Of a stretch of 64,000 bases of DNA, positions 1 to 9,972 are shown piece after piece. Position numbers and translations under genes: made by a program. The notes beneath the pieces were generated by a model. It did no database searches and was not told the DNA's origin. It saw only the letters and a program-made list of their open reading frames with translations. Each line of letters begins with the position of its first letter. Position 1 is the stretch's first letter. The stretch is from a virus. Location of the stretch: IMG/VR virus record IMGVR_UViG_3300032313_001035; one strand, given 5' to 3'.

Positions 1-1645
1 GAGCATCAAGTTGATTAGTATAGATCCTATCAGTAGAAAGCTGCCCCGTTACTGTAACATTGCCAGTGACTGTGCCACCTGATAGAGGCAAATAGTTACC
101 TGACGGTATAGACAGACCAAGATATTGACTAGCACTGATACTACCTACAACAGAAACGTTACCTGTAACAGTACCACCAGATAGAGGAAGGTAATCACCA
201 CCTCCACCACTCGGAATAGATATACCTAGATATTGGCTTGCGCTAATCGCACCTACAATTGTAAGGTTGCCATTCATGGTTCCACCATCTTGGTATTGGG
301 TAGCATTTGTTCCACCACCACTAGCATATACTGCAACGTATCTTCTTAAATCCGTTTTATAATTTTCAAACTTATCATGGATTTTTTTATTCCATTCCTT
401 TTCAATAGTATCCCAGTCTTTTACAATCTTTTCACTATTTTTAGATTCAATTATATATTCAACAGGCTTTTCATTTTTAAGTTGTCGAATTTCTGATAGT
501 AAATTGTCTCTGCTTTCTTGGAATAAATTTTGGAAATATGAACGTGTCTCATCGGTAATATCCAAAGTTTCTTCTTTGATATGTTGTATTTTATCATCGA
601 AATAACCGATTACTTCTTGTTCAGTTTCAGCGATTTTCTTTTCTAAATTCTCATTTATTTCGATAATTTTCTTATCGATATTACCAACTCTAGATAATGC
701 TTTTTGGACACCTTTGTTGATAGTGTTGTTTAATTCTATATTAGAATCTCTGATAGTATCGATCTCTCTATTGACTTGCTCAAGTAAAGATGCATCGGCT
801 TTTCTATCTAATTTTTTATTTAAATTTTTATCAATTGACGATACTTTATTGGCAACATCTGACGCGATATTGTTGAGAGTTTCGTCCAACTTACGATTTA
901 CATTTTTCTCGTAAAGTTCTTTTACCAATCTCTTAATCGTGGTATCGAATAATTTAGAAGAATTATCGAAATCATTTTTTAATGATTCGCTCAAAGAATT
1001 AGCAATGTCTTGAATTTTGAGATCAATACCGCTACGAATTTCATCAAATCTATCATCATTTTCAAAGATGATTTCTTTTTTAATCTTATTAGAAACCCTA
1101 ATAAATTCTTCGACTAAACTTTCGCGAGATTCATTTAATACTTTTTGAAGTGCTTTTTGCTTTCTAGCACTTTCATTTTTAATATCTTGAATCTTTTTTA
1201 ATTTATTTTGCTCTAAAATTTCCAAAGACTTTTTAGTAGCGTCTTTTTTAATTTTATTGATCTCTTCGAGAATTTGTTGTTTTTTATTATCTATAACAAC
1301 ATCATCAATTGATGATTCTTCGATTATAGCAATTATTTCATCTTCTTCAACACTTTCTTCAATATTGTTTATGATAGCGGAAGGATCGGAACTATGATTG
1401 AAATATATCTCTTGTTTTCCTTTTACAAGAACGAAAGAATGTTCGGCTGAAACCCCATCATTTTCAACAATAATGGAAACAATCGGGTTTCCATTATCTT
1501 CGGAAACCTTCTCTGCTACATATTTTCTACCGTTTATCTCGACCTCATAAACACCGAAGAAAATTTCATCAAAATTTTCAACTTGTAAGATGTTGAGAGG
1601 GGAGTTAGACGAGGTATAATTGACCTCTTCGCTAAACAATCTCAT
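1..1645 (-). CDS. Coiled-coil protein with fibre-type repeats (partial, runs off window start)
   Basis: Not in ORF track. ATG at 1645 (MRLFSEEVNYTS...), long E/K-rich helical segment, then repeats ISASQYLG..YLPLSGGTVTGNV twice; TAAATA 6 nt upstream. Confidence 0.75.
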   Translation of the reverse strand, partial: MRLFSEEVNYTSSNSPLNILQVENFDEIFFGVYEVEINGRKYVAEKVSEDNGNPIVSIIVENDGVSAEHSFVLVKGKQEIYFNHSSDPSAIINNIEESVEEDEIIAIIEESSIDDVVIDNKKQQILEEINKIKKDATKKSLEILEQNKLKKIQDIKNESARKQKALQKVLNESRESLVEEFIRVSNKIKKEIIFENDDRFDEIRSGIDLKIQDIANSLSESLKNDFDNSSKLFDTTIKRLVKELYEKNVNRKLDETLNNIASDVANKVSSIDKNLNKKLDRKADASLLEQVNREIDTIRDSNIELNNTINKGVQKALSRVGNIDKKIIEINENLEKKIAETEQEVIGYFDDKIQHIKEETLDITDETRSYFQNLFQESRDNLLSEIRQLKNEKPVEYIIESKNSEKIVKDWDTIEKEWNKKIHDKFENYKTDLRRYVAVYASGGGTNATQYQDGGTMNGNLTIVGAISASQYLGISIPSGGGGDYLPLSGGTVTGNVSVVGSISASQYLGLSIPSGNYLPLSGGTVTGNVTVTGQLSTDRIYTNQLDA

Positions 1646-1686
1646 CTTTAGTATTTAGTAATATATTATAAATGTCAATATGTTTT

Positions 1687-2829
1687 TTACATTACCAACA
1701 TGAGAGGAGGATCATAGTCTCCGAAACCACCATCCATCAACATATCTTCTAATGTTTTTTTCTCTCCAATACCTTCAGATAATATTGTATCGCCATTCAA
1801 AGAGCCACCACCTGGTAAAGATACTCCTGTAATTTTGGTAAGAATACGTCCCCACATTACTTTGGAAAGTGCAGTTGCGTATTCCAATACCCATTTTTCC
1901 TTGATCAAATCCCTCAATGGTTTTTCAACATAACATGTCAGAAGACCATAGAATTGAGTATTTCTTGGTTGTGGTATCAATCGTAGATATTGTGTTCTGG
2001 GATCAAAATAAATATCCCTACGAGTGGCAAACATTTTTTCTCTCGTATCAATCCAGTCCTTAACAGTATGCCACGATAAAATGTCAAATCCGTAATTACC
2101 TAAAGAATAAGCATGGAAAGATTGTTGAGCCATCGTTTGTTCTACAGAGAACAAGGTGTTAACTCCAGTTGTCGATCCCTCTTCAAATGTGATAACGTCA
2201 ACTACTTTACGATAATCCATAACATCGTAGTCAAACATATTATTAAATGTCATAACATCTTCTTGTGGTTCACATTGCACAGTGAATGGTTTTTGATATG
2301 ATTCTTTAAAGTAGACCCTCAACGATGGATTGAAATTAATTAATAGATCATAAGTCGTTTTGTCTATGATTTCCATGGTAGATATACCTTCAGATGGGAC
2401 AATCGAACTCAAAGAAGACGAAGCACTAAAATAAGAATTAGGTATCGTCGATAGGGAAATATATAATGACTCTGGTCTAGTGATTTCAAAATCAGGTTGA
2501 GGTCCTTGACGTTTATTTTGTAATTTTTCAGATGGTGTATATCCAGAATTTGCAACAGTGAACAATGTATCCAATCGAATACCTTCATTTTTATTATAAA
2601 TTCTGCTATCAAAAATTAAATATTCTTTCGAATAACCAGCATATTTCGTATACATATCAAGAGCCATTGATATGGCTTCGTGTAACTGATCATAATGTAA
2701 CTCGACATTAATCATCGGATGTCCTAACATTCTAAGGATTCTTTCGCCCAATCTTTGATAACATTCTATCTTAGAATTAAGATTGGTTGACATGAAAGCT
2801 GAAATCGGCTCTATTTGGCATAAACTCAT
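1687..2829 (-). CDS. gp13: Neck protein, T4 gp13-like
   Basis: ILRMLGHPMINVEL..QLHEAI, WVLEYATALSKVMWGRILTKITGVSLPGGGSLNG; start moved to 2829 (TAAATA-N5-ATG). Confidence 0.9.
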   Translation of the reverse strand: MSLCQIEPISAFMSTNLNSKIECYQRLGERILRMLGHPMINVELHYDQLHEAISMALDMYTKYAGYSKEYLIFDSRIYNKNEGIRLDTLFTVANSGYTPSEKLQNKRQGPQPDFEITRPESLYISLSTIPNSYFSASSSLSSIVPSEGISTMEIIDKTTYDLLINFNPSLRVYFKESYQKPFTVQCEPQEDVMTFNNMFDYDVMDYRKVVDVITFEEGSTTGVNTLFSVEQTMAQQSFHAYSLGNYGFDILSWHTVKDWIDTREKMFATRRDIYFDPRTQYLRLIPQPRNTQFYGLLTCYVEKPLRDLIKEKWVLEYATALSKVMWGRILTKITGVSLPGGGSLNGDTILSEGIGEKKTLEDMLMDGGFGDYDPPLMLVM

Positions 2830-2834
2830 ACCAT

Positions 2835-2865
2835 TATTTAGTGAAAATATCAAAATGGATAAATA
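2835..2865. promoter_or_regulatory. Back-to-back late promoters (TAAATA on each strand)
   Basis: Minus 2835-2840 and plus 2860-2865, each 5 nt from an ATG. Confidence 0.75.
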
Positions 2866-2870
2866 ATAAT

Positions 2871-3167
2871 ATGTCTTTTGATTCCAATAATGGTTCAGTT
2901 TATTATCAATTATCTTGTGGTGTTCCAACAGTTTCTGGATGGAGTGCCAATAATAACAACGGAACAAAATATTTATATCTGTCAGCCAACGACTTTATTC
3001 TTTGGGGTCAAAGCACCATCTTCACTCACCCAACCTCGAATAATATCAACAATTATTATTTTGTAGTGTGTCAAAAATCAACCGATACGAACTGGTCTCC
3101 TTTGTCTAACAACAGCACGAAATTTTATTACAATTCTGCATATAACTGCATTACATTCTGCGCTTAA
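2871..3167 (+). CDS. Small N/S/Y-rich late protein, probably virion-associated
   Basis: ORF 2841..3167; TAAATA 2860-2865 puts the start at ATG 2871. Confidence 0.6.
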   Translation: MSFDSNNGSVYYQLSCGVPTVSGWSANNNNGTKYLYLSANDFILWGQSTIFTHPTSNNINNYYFVVCQKSTDTNWSPLSNNSTKFYYNSAYNCITFCA

Positions 3168-3171
3168 ATTT

Positions 3172-3179
3172 TATAAATA
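3172..3179 (+). promoter_or_regulatory. T4-type late promoter TATAAATA
   Basis: Exact T4 late consensus, 5 nt before ATG 3185. Confidence 0.8.
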
Positions 3180-3184
3180 ATAAT

Positions 3185-3859
3185 ATGAGTTTTTGGAAAT
3201 TTATAACAGAAAATATGGAAGCAGTTGCAGGTATTTTCGGAGTCATGACAAGTGTTGCAGTATTTCTGGTCAAAAGTAAAAAATATATTATTGAAAAATA
3301 TAAAAAACACAAAGAATATTCTAAATCCAAATATTTAATTCCTGAAACTTTACAAGAAATAAAACAATGTGTCATCAATTTGGATGATCGTGTTAAAAGA
3401 GTTGAATATGAAATTTCTCCGAATGGTGGGGGTTCTATGAAAGACACCATGAATATTGTAAAGGCTGAAATCGAATCGATGTTCTGGTTAAATCCAAAAC
3501 CATCCTTTCGCACAACATCTAAAGGAATAAATATCCAAGTAAATGAATCATATTGTCATTTATGTTCTACTTCATCTGAAGAATTGTTAAAACAAAATTG
3601 GAAAAATTTCGTAGAAGATGAAGAACAATTGGACGATTTTATGAGACGATGGCAATATTCATCAAACACCATGTCTCAATATTCTGGTAAATTAAAATTT
3701 AAAAATTCCAGAGATGAAAGTTTGGGCGAATGGATTATAAAAATTAGACCATTAGGACCAATAGAAGGTGGTAAAGATTATTTATGGCACGGTTCGATAT
3801 TACCGTCAGATAACACCGCTAAAGAATACGCTAAGAGCTACCATATTCCGTATCATTAA
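3185..3859 (+). CDS. Membrane-anchored coiled-coil plus PAS-like domain protein
   Basis: N-terminal hydrophobic helix, PNGGGSMKD linker, PAS-like segment (VNESYCHLC..EELLKQNWKNFV..D..F..RW); TATAAATA upstream. Confidence 0.65.
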   Translation: MSFWKFITENMEAVAGIFGVMTSVAVFLVKSKKYIIEKYKKHKEYSKSKYLIPETLQEIKQCVINLDDRVKRVEYEISPNGGGSMKDTMNIVKAEIESMFWLNPKPSFRTTSKGINIQVNESYCHLCSTSSEELLKQNWKNFVEDEEQLDDFMRRWQYSSNTMSQYSGKLKFKNSRDESLGEWIIKIRPLGPIEGGKDYLWHGSILPSDNTAKEYAKSYHIPYH

Positions 3860-5683
3860 TTACTCAGGAGCGGTTTCGCCAGCAGGTTCTTCAGGTGTTT
3901 CAGCAGGTTCTTCTCCAGCACCAGGTTCGCTACCAAGCGTAGCACCAGCACCACTAAAATCAGGAGGCATGCCGCCACCGCCACCGCCACCTAATTCGCC
4001 CATACCGCCACCCATACCGCCACCAGCTTCTCCACCAGCTTCAGAAGATTGGGCAAGCATTTCTTTCCATTTCGGTCCACTAGATTTGATTTGTTCAATT
4101 TCGAACATAAATTCAGCCTCGTTTCGCAAGAAGTGACGATTTGCCAGAATATCAGAATCTTTCCAATCGAGATATTTTTTCATAGCAAATGTAGTGGATA
4201 CCAACTCATTATTTGAGATATTGTTGAACGTATCTATTTTGAGATTGAGTTTTTGACTCTCCCTCATATCATAGAAATTTGTCGGAACATTAAATTCAAT
4301 TCTAAAATTATCGTCAAACAAATCATATTCGTCGAACATTTCTTTGAATTTTAAATGAGTGATGAATGCTCTTTTGATACCTTGCGCAAATCTTTGCTGT
4401 TGGCGAATAATCATTTTTGCAAATTTTAATTCTTCACGAAGCATTTCAGTTCCATCGCTATATCCAGTCTCATTATTCAAACGAGAAGTTGGGGTTTTCA
4501 AAGAACGGTAAAGCTTTTTGATAAACCAATCCAAAACATCGAGGTTTCCATCTGATGGTTGTCCACCAAAAGTTTCGACCGTTGTTCCGTCTTGTCCCTG
4601 TCTTTTAGCGAACCAAAACGAATCCAAAGTGGATTGTGGTGCATATTTTTTAACAATATCTCCTTGGTCAATATCAAAAGTTTTAGTAGACCAATATTGC
4701 GATTGTAGCTTGCGTAGGTATGCTTCTGCTTGTGGGACTGGAAGCTTGCCGACATCCACGTTAAATAAGAAACGCAAAGGGGCATGTACCATTCTATGAA
4801 TAACCACAGAATCTTCGATCATTGATAATTGTCTATATGCTCGTCGGCAATTCTCAACGAATGGAATTATGAAATCTTTTGTCTCGTTATATTGACCACT
4901 GTTGATATAAAGAATCTGATTTTTCTCAAAAGGAATATATTCATATTTTTCAACTTTTCTATTATCAACAGATGAGAATATTGGTTTTTTATAAATGAAA
5001 GCCTTGACCAACATGGTTTGTATGTTGTCATACACTGGATCAAATTGATCGGCAGGTAGATTTTTAATCGCTACCACTCCTTGTTTGATATAATCATCTT
5101 TCAGAATTAATTCGAAAAATAATTCACCTTCAACTAAAAATTGGCGAAAATAATGCCATCCATTATCGTCTAATTCCAACATCGATACAAATTTCGAGAA
5201 CTCTTTTTGTAAATCCTCTTTCTTTTCGGAATCCAATTCCGTATTTTTAAACTTGAGAGTTACGATTTCACTGTTTTCATCAACATTGATAGTTTCATCA
5301 CAGATTTCATCTAACGCATCAGAAACTTCAGAAAACGCCGCGATCATTCTGTAATCTCTCAGACGACCAGGTTTTTCTTCTGATGCTTGAGAATACATCA
5401 AATCGGTAAAAGTCTTGTCCTGATAGATCGCAGAAAATGCAGTATTGTTCCAATCATTATTGAGTGCTACAGAATTTCTTGCAATAGCTTCGGGTTTTCG
5501 CATCCCGATTTTCTGGAAATATTTATATTTCGAGTTTTTAGTTTCATCTAAATTTTGTTCAGTATAACCACCACGATTTTTGAGATAAGTTTGAACGTTT
5601 CTATCAAATGTAGATCCCCGCCCATCACTTCCGACGAATGATCTATTTTGAGATTGTGTAGATGAACTATCTGCTCCAGCCAT
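3860..5683 (-). CDS. gp20: Portal vertex protein, T4 gp20-like
   Basis: YRQLSMIEDSVVIHRMVHAP, FNVDVGKLP..AEAYL, FWFAKRQG, KLYRSLKTPTSRL, REELKFAK; Gly/Glu-rich tail. Confidence 0.97.
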   Translation of the reverse strand: MAGADSSSTQSQNRSFVGSDGRGSTFDRNVQTYLKNRGGYTEQNLDETKNSKYKYFQKIGMRKPEAIARNSVALNNDWNNTAFSAIYQDKTFTDLMYSQASEEKPGRLRDYRMIAAFSEVSDALDEICDETINVDENSEIVTLKFKNTELDSEKKEDLQKEFSKFVSMLELDDNGWHYFRQFLVEGELFFELILKDDYIKQGVVAIKNLPADQFDPVYDNIQTMLVKAFIYKKPIFSSVDNRKVEKYEYIPFEKNQILYINSGQYNETKDFIIPFVENCRRAYRQLSMIEDSVVIHRMVHAPLRFLFNVDVGKLPVPQAEAYLRKLQSQYWSTKTFDIDQGDIVKKYAPQSTLDSFWFAKRQGQDGTTVETFGGQPSDGNLDVLDWFIKKLYRSLKTPTSRLNNETGYSDGTEMLREELKFAKMIIRQQQRFAQGIKRAFITHLKFKEMFDEYDLFDDNFRIEFNVPTNFYDMRESQKLNLKIDTFNNISNNELVSTTFAMKKYLDWKDSDILANRHFLRNEAEFMFEIEQIKSSGPKWKEMLAQSSEAGGEAGGGMGGGMGELGGGGGGGMPPDFSGAGATLGSEPGAGEEPAETPEEPAGETAPE

Positions 5684-5713
5684 ATTTATTATTTAAGGAC
5701 AATTACTAATATT

Positions 5714-6796
5714 TCAATAAGAACTTACCCATGCAACTTCATTCGCAGTGATAAATACGGCATTACCATTAAAACCACTAAGATAATCCGCGCTGAGAGA
5801 TATTGACGCTATATTATTATCTATAGTAGTGATCACATTATCAGGTAGTTTGTAGGCAGATATGGTTGGAGATTTTGCAGTATCGATTTTAACATAAGTT
5901 AATTTCGGTATCGATGTGTTAGCACTTAGATACCATGTATTATTATAATTAAGATTTTTACCATAGAATGCATAAAACTTATCATTCAAATCTGATACTA
6001 CCAATGAACCTTCATGAGGATTACCATTTATAAAATAATTTGTAAGTTGCGGGTAAGCACCGACTGAAAGAGATTCTGTTTGAACACCAATTGAACTGAT
6101 GGCATCAAATAGATTGTAATCACAAAATCTATCACTTACTGGAAGTGCGTGGAAATCTGCATTTATTCTATAAATTGAAGCTTGTTTTGGATTATTGTCA
6201 CTTTTAAATAACCAACCTTTGATAGTAAAACTAGTTTCAGCAGAAATTCTCCATTTCGTATCGGGTGATAAATCTTTTGGATTATTGTAACTCACATTAC
6301 CAGACCATTGAATTTCAGAACGGATTTCGTCTAAAAATGGTAAGCCAAATTTTTCTGGAAATTTCCAAGATACTATAATATACGGATTACAATTAACTAC
6401 AAAATTTTGAATAATTTGATCCAGATCTTCTTTGAAGTAACAAATTATATTGACCGATAATTCCAAATTAACTGGTATAGGGGTTGGTATTTTCGCCAAC
6501 CCGTTACTAGCGTCTAATTGTTTCCTATATAAAAATTGATCTTTATTCTGTATACGATTCGAATCCCTACTAAGACTTGTTTGTTCTATAGTAACAACAG
6601 GAAGTGTTAGGCTTTTAGCTCTATCACTCAAGTCGTGAAGCACTCTATGTTTCGGACCGTGGACATATCTCACTTCTATTTTTTCTTTATCGACCTTAGT
6701 TCTCGCATCATATCGATATACGAAAACATCATCGAAAGCTGATACGAAAAGATTAAGGAGTTGAGAATTTTCAAAAAAGTATGAGTAATCGTTCAC
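5714..6796 (-). CDS. gp15: Tail terminator / sheath stabiliser, T4 gp15-like, with C-terminal extension
   Basis: FVSAFDDV..R, IEVRYVHGPK, LTLPV, PIPVNL..DLDQIIQNF...NPY, SFTIKGWLF; GTG start with TAAATA-N5. Confidence 0.85.
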   Translation of the reverse strand: MNDYSYFFENSQLLNLFVSAFDDVFVYRYDARTKVDKEKIEVRYVHGPKHRVLHDLSDRAKSLTLPVVTIEQTSLSRDSNRIQNKDQFLYRKQLDASNGLAKIPTPIPVNLELSVNIICYFKEDLDQIIQNFVVNCNPYIIVSWKFPEKFGLPFLDEIRSEIQWSGNVSYNNPKDLSPDTKWRISAETSFTIKGWLFKSDNNPKQASIYRINADFHALPVSDRFCDYNLFDAISSIGVQTESLSVGAYPQLTNYFINGNPHEGSLVVSDLNDKFYAFYGKNLNYNNTWYLSANTSIPKLTYVKIDTAKSPTISAYKLPDNVITTIDNNIASISLSADYLSGFNGNAVFITANEVAWVSSY

Positions 6797-6819
6797 ATAA
6801 CTATTTAGTCGTATGTCAA

Positions 6820-7959
6820 TCAGAAGAATCCAATTTTACGCTCTTCGAATGAGTTAGCAACACTAGTCACTTTTTGATGATTGAATAATTCAGCCAATGT
6901 CATTTCGGTATCAACTTCAATATCCAGATTGCAATGATCTGCCAATCGTTGACATTCTGAAACAGTGAGTTTATCGAATTTATATTCCATGAATAATCTT
7001 CCTTTACGAAGGAGTGCTGGATCAATTTTCGTTAATTCGCAATTGAATGTGCAAATAACTTTCATTTTCATCGAGTCTTTCAAAAATCCATCGGTAATAC
7101 CAAGTATGTTCTGTGTGCCAGAATTTCTATCTACGGATAAGATTTCTTCAGCATCTTCAATCAATAACACACTACCTTGATTGTCCAACATGAATGAAAT
7201 AAAAGATGGCTGCGAGATCACAGAGACCATAGAGGGTGGAATATAGATAACATCATATTTACATTTCGTAATCAAATTTTTAATAAAATTGGATTTTCCA
7301 GTGCCTGGTAAACCGTGTAATAGTAGTAGATTTTCAGTATCATCTGATGTAACAAAGTTCAACATTTTATCATATGGAAACTTATCACCATAATACAAAT
7401 CGTATCTATCATCTAGAATTGGAATATCGTTGAATGATGTTTTTAATTTAGTCAACCCTTGGCTATTTTGCGAAATCATATAAAACTCTTTTTGAGTAGA
7501 ATATTCAAATATAATATCCAAATTTAAAAATTCATTCAAGAAATTTAAAATTTTATCTTTATTTTCCAATAGTGGAGTAAAGACAATAAGTATACCTTCT
7601 GAATCACGAGGAGTATCAAATTCAAAGGGTATAATAAGATTATCAGGGACAGGAGAAGGATTGATAGATATTGATATCAACATTGAAAAATCATCATTAA
7701 AATAATGTCCGAGTTCATATTCATGAATGTTATATTGTCGGACAGTATTAAACGCATGCTTTTTAAGAAACTCATGCAATCTGTGGATATACTTTTCAGA
7801 TATAGAATAATTTTTTATATGTATCGATGTCGATGATAAATTACCATACTTTTGTTCAAATAAGGATGGATATTCCGATTGAATAGTAAAGGGTTTTACA
7901 TCATCGACCCAATAAATGTTGTCGAGACATTTTAGTATTTCTTGTATATTATTAATCAT
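6820..7959 (-). CDS. Classical-clade AAA+ ATPase (BCS1-like)
   Basis: Walker A GLPGTGKS, Walker B LLIEDAE, arginine-finger region IDPALLRKGRL. Confidence 0.85.
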   Translation of the reverse strand: MINNIQEILKCLDNIYWVDDVKPFTIQSEYPSLFEQKYGNLSSTSIHIKNYSISEKYIHRLHEFLKKHAFNTVRQYNIHEYELGHYFNDDFSMLISISINPSPVPDNLIIPFEFDTPRDSEGILIVFTPLLENKDKILNFLNEFLNLDIIFEYSTQKEFYMISQNSQGLTKLKTSFNDIPILDDRYDLYYGDKFPYDKMLNFVTSDDTENLLLLHGLPGTGKSNFIKNLITKCKYDVIYIPPSMVSVISQPSFISFMLDNQGSVLLIEDAEEILSVDRNSGTQNILGITDGFLKDSMKMKVICTFNCELTKIDPALLRKGRLFMEYKFDKLTVSECQRLADHCNLDIEVDTEMTLAELFNHQKVTSVANSFEERKIGFF

Positions 7960-7963
7960 ATTT

Positions 7964-9589
7964 TTAATTGAATCGTTCGATAAAGAATTTAGGGAGATTT
8001 TTTCCGTTTCTAATCATAGCATCATAAATGCTACCGTCAAGGATATAAGTATCACAATAATCATTTTCATTTCTTACGCTTCTACCACACGCTTGAACAA
8101 GTGTCTTGAACATCGCATTTGAATACCAATTCTTATCAATTTTCATTAGTTTTTCAACCCGAACATCTTTAACAGGGGGCCATGGTGCTTTCAATATAAT
8201 TTGAAATCTCGATAAATCATCTTTTAAATCAACACCATACGTCATGGATGGTGAAACCAAAACAGTGGGGTGATCACTATTTTCATGCATTTCCAAAAGT
8301 TGTTCATTATTAACACCTGCTTCCCTGACGAGTAATCGATTAGATTTTATATTATCTCGGATATAATCAGTCAAATATTGAGTATGAGTATGGATAATAC
8401 CTTTTTCATTTGGATGATTGTCGAGAATACCACGAATCTGTTTCATCAATTTAGGCAACATGTCCTTAAGATTTTTATTATTCAATTTCTGTTCAGCCAT
8501 GATATAAATCGGCGATTTCTCAGGATTAAAATCAGATGGTATATGAATATATTCATAATCAGTAATACCTAAAGATTTACAATAAGCTGGAACATCGATA
8601 ATAGTAGCAGAAAGTATAACAACCTTTTCAGCATGTCGGAACAAATGTTTGGACAAAACATCGACTTTGAGCGGAATGAAACGAATTTTCGAATCCAATC
8701 TTTCTATAATATATTCACTTTCGTAAAATGTTTCATGTAAAAGACCTAAAGAATTTTGAAGGTTTGACAGTTTAGTATACTCACCTTTTTTCTTATTAAA
8801 CGTGATAATGTCTTTTTTGTGATCATTTTCAGAAAACCATGACTTATAACTTTCCACGGATTTATTAACATTGACTATCAGTCCTTCGATCCATGAAAGA
8901 ATTTTAATTTTGTTGGTAATATCATTTGGTAATGAAGATACTAAAGTCTGCGTCTTCATAAGAAATGTAATATCAATTTCTGAGGTAAATTGAGATACCA
9001 ATTGTTCTTCTAATTCAGATCCCTCATCACAAACCATGATTTCCCTTCTTTTCAAATGAGACGGTAATGAAAAGAACATGCTATAATTCAGTGTTGAGAA
9101 TTTGGAAGTCAGCATTCTATTACGTTCATTGTAATATGGACAACGGTTAACTGCCCAACATTCGTCGCGTTGTCGTTGACTATGAATGCAAGGCGCAACA
9201 TCAACAGATAATGTGTCATCGATACCACATTGATAATTACCCTTACCTTTCAATAAGCCACTATCATTGAATGTGTTTTGATATTGGTCTTGGAGAGACT
9301 TGGTAATCGTGAGGGCATAACACCCAAACGATTTAAAATTGGACATCAATTGTTCACCATTTTCACCGAATATGGTGTATCTGTTTACATAAGATACAAA
9401 ATCTTCAGGAATTTCTTTGGATGCATTACCAAGAGTTTTGGCAATATGTGTTTTTCCAGCACCTGTATCAGCGTGAACGATTACAAATTTTTTGCCATTA
9501 TTGAATGCTTTTTCAATTTCATTCAATGCATATGATTGTTTTTCTCGTGGTTGGTATCCCTCTGGAAATTTGAATATTAGATTGTTCAT
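7964..9589 (-). CDS. DinG/XPD-like SF2 helicase with probable Fe-S cluster
   Basis: Q motif PREKQ, TGAGKT, four Cys ending CPYY, CDEGS, SAT, GVDL, QACGRSVR. Confidence 0.88.
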   Translation of the reverse strand: MNNLIFKFPEGYQPREKQSYALNEIEKAFNNGKKFVIVHADTGAGKTHIAKTLGNASKEIPEDFVSYVNRYTIFGENGEQLMSNFKSFGCYALTITKSLQDQYQNTFNDSGLLKGKGNYQCGIDDTLSVDVAPCIHSQRQRDECWAVNRCPYYNERNRMLTSKFSTLNYSMFFSLPSHLKRREIMVCDEGSELEEQLVSQFTSEIDITFLMKTQTLVSSLPNDITNKIKILSWIEGLIVNVNKSVESYKSWFSENDHKKDIITFNKKKGEYTKLSNLQNSLGLLHETFYESEYIIERLDSKIRFIPLKVDVLSKHLFRHAEKVVILSATIIDVPAYCKSLGITDYEYIHIPSDFNPEKSPIYIMAEQKLNNKNLKDMLPKLMKQIRGILDNHPNEKGIIHTHTQYLTDYIRDNIKSNRLLVREAGVNNEQLLEMHENSDHPTVLVSPSMTYGVDLKDDLSRFQIILKAPWPPVKDVRVEKLMKIDKNWYSNAMFKTLVQACGRSVRNENDYCDTYILDGSIYDAMIRNGKNLPKFFIERFN

Positions 9590-9642
9590 AGTTCTGCGTT
9601 GCGACTATATCATGTCGCTAAAGAGCAGCATACTATAATATT

Positions 9643-9972
9643 TCAAGATGTCAAGACAAATAAATAATTGTTGAAGAATTTTGAAGAATCGCTTTTTTTC
9701 ATGGTCATCATTTTCCAATAAGATTCCTCAGTTCTTGGGCAAAATGCGCTCAATGAATAATCAAAAATATAACCATTGTTTGTGTTTTTCACATTATATG
9801 GATACGAAATCTCCCATTCTTTCATTTCACCATCCATTTCTATTTTGAATTTGATGAAATTTTGTTTCACGTTAAACATATGTATTTTTCCTTGTTTTAT
9901 CGTTTTGTCATTTAAGACAAAAGATATTTCACGAAAAATCATATTTTTTAAATATTTTTCTACCCTATCCAT
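9643..9972 (-). CDS. Hypothetical protein
   Basis: 109 aa ORF overlapping its upstream neighbour. Confidence 0.6.
   Translation of the reverse strand: MDRVEKYLKNMIFREISFVLNDKTIKQGKIHMFNVKQNFIKFKIEMDGEMKEWEISYPYNVKNTNNGYIFDYSLSAFCPRTEESYWKMMTMKKSDSSKFFNNYLFVLTS

Noticed and set aside
2830-2967. N-terminal extensions given by the track for gp13 and others (phoH, fcl, gp43, gp61, 55867 ORF)
   Set aside because: They overlap neighbouring genes or promoters; internal ATGs fit the motif spacing and family starts better
6820-7959. AAA+ ATPase as clamp loader gp44
   Set aside because: Lacks the clamp-loader SRC motif and shows the classical-clade DPALLRxGR signature
9601-9618. GCGAC/GTCGC hairpin in the helicase leader
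   Set aside because: Only 5 bp; too weak to call
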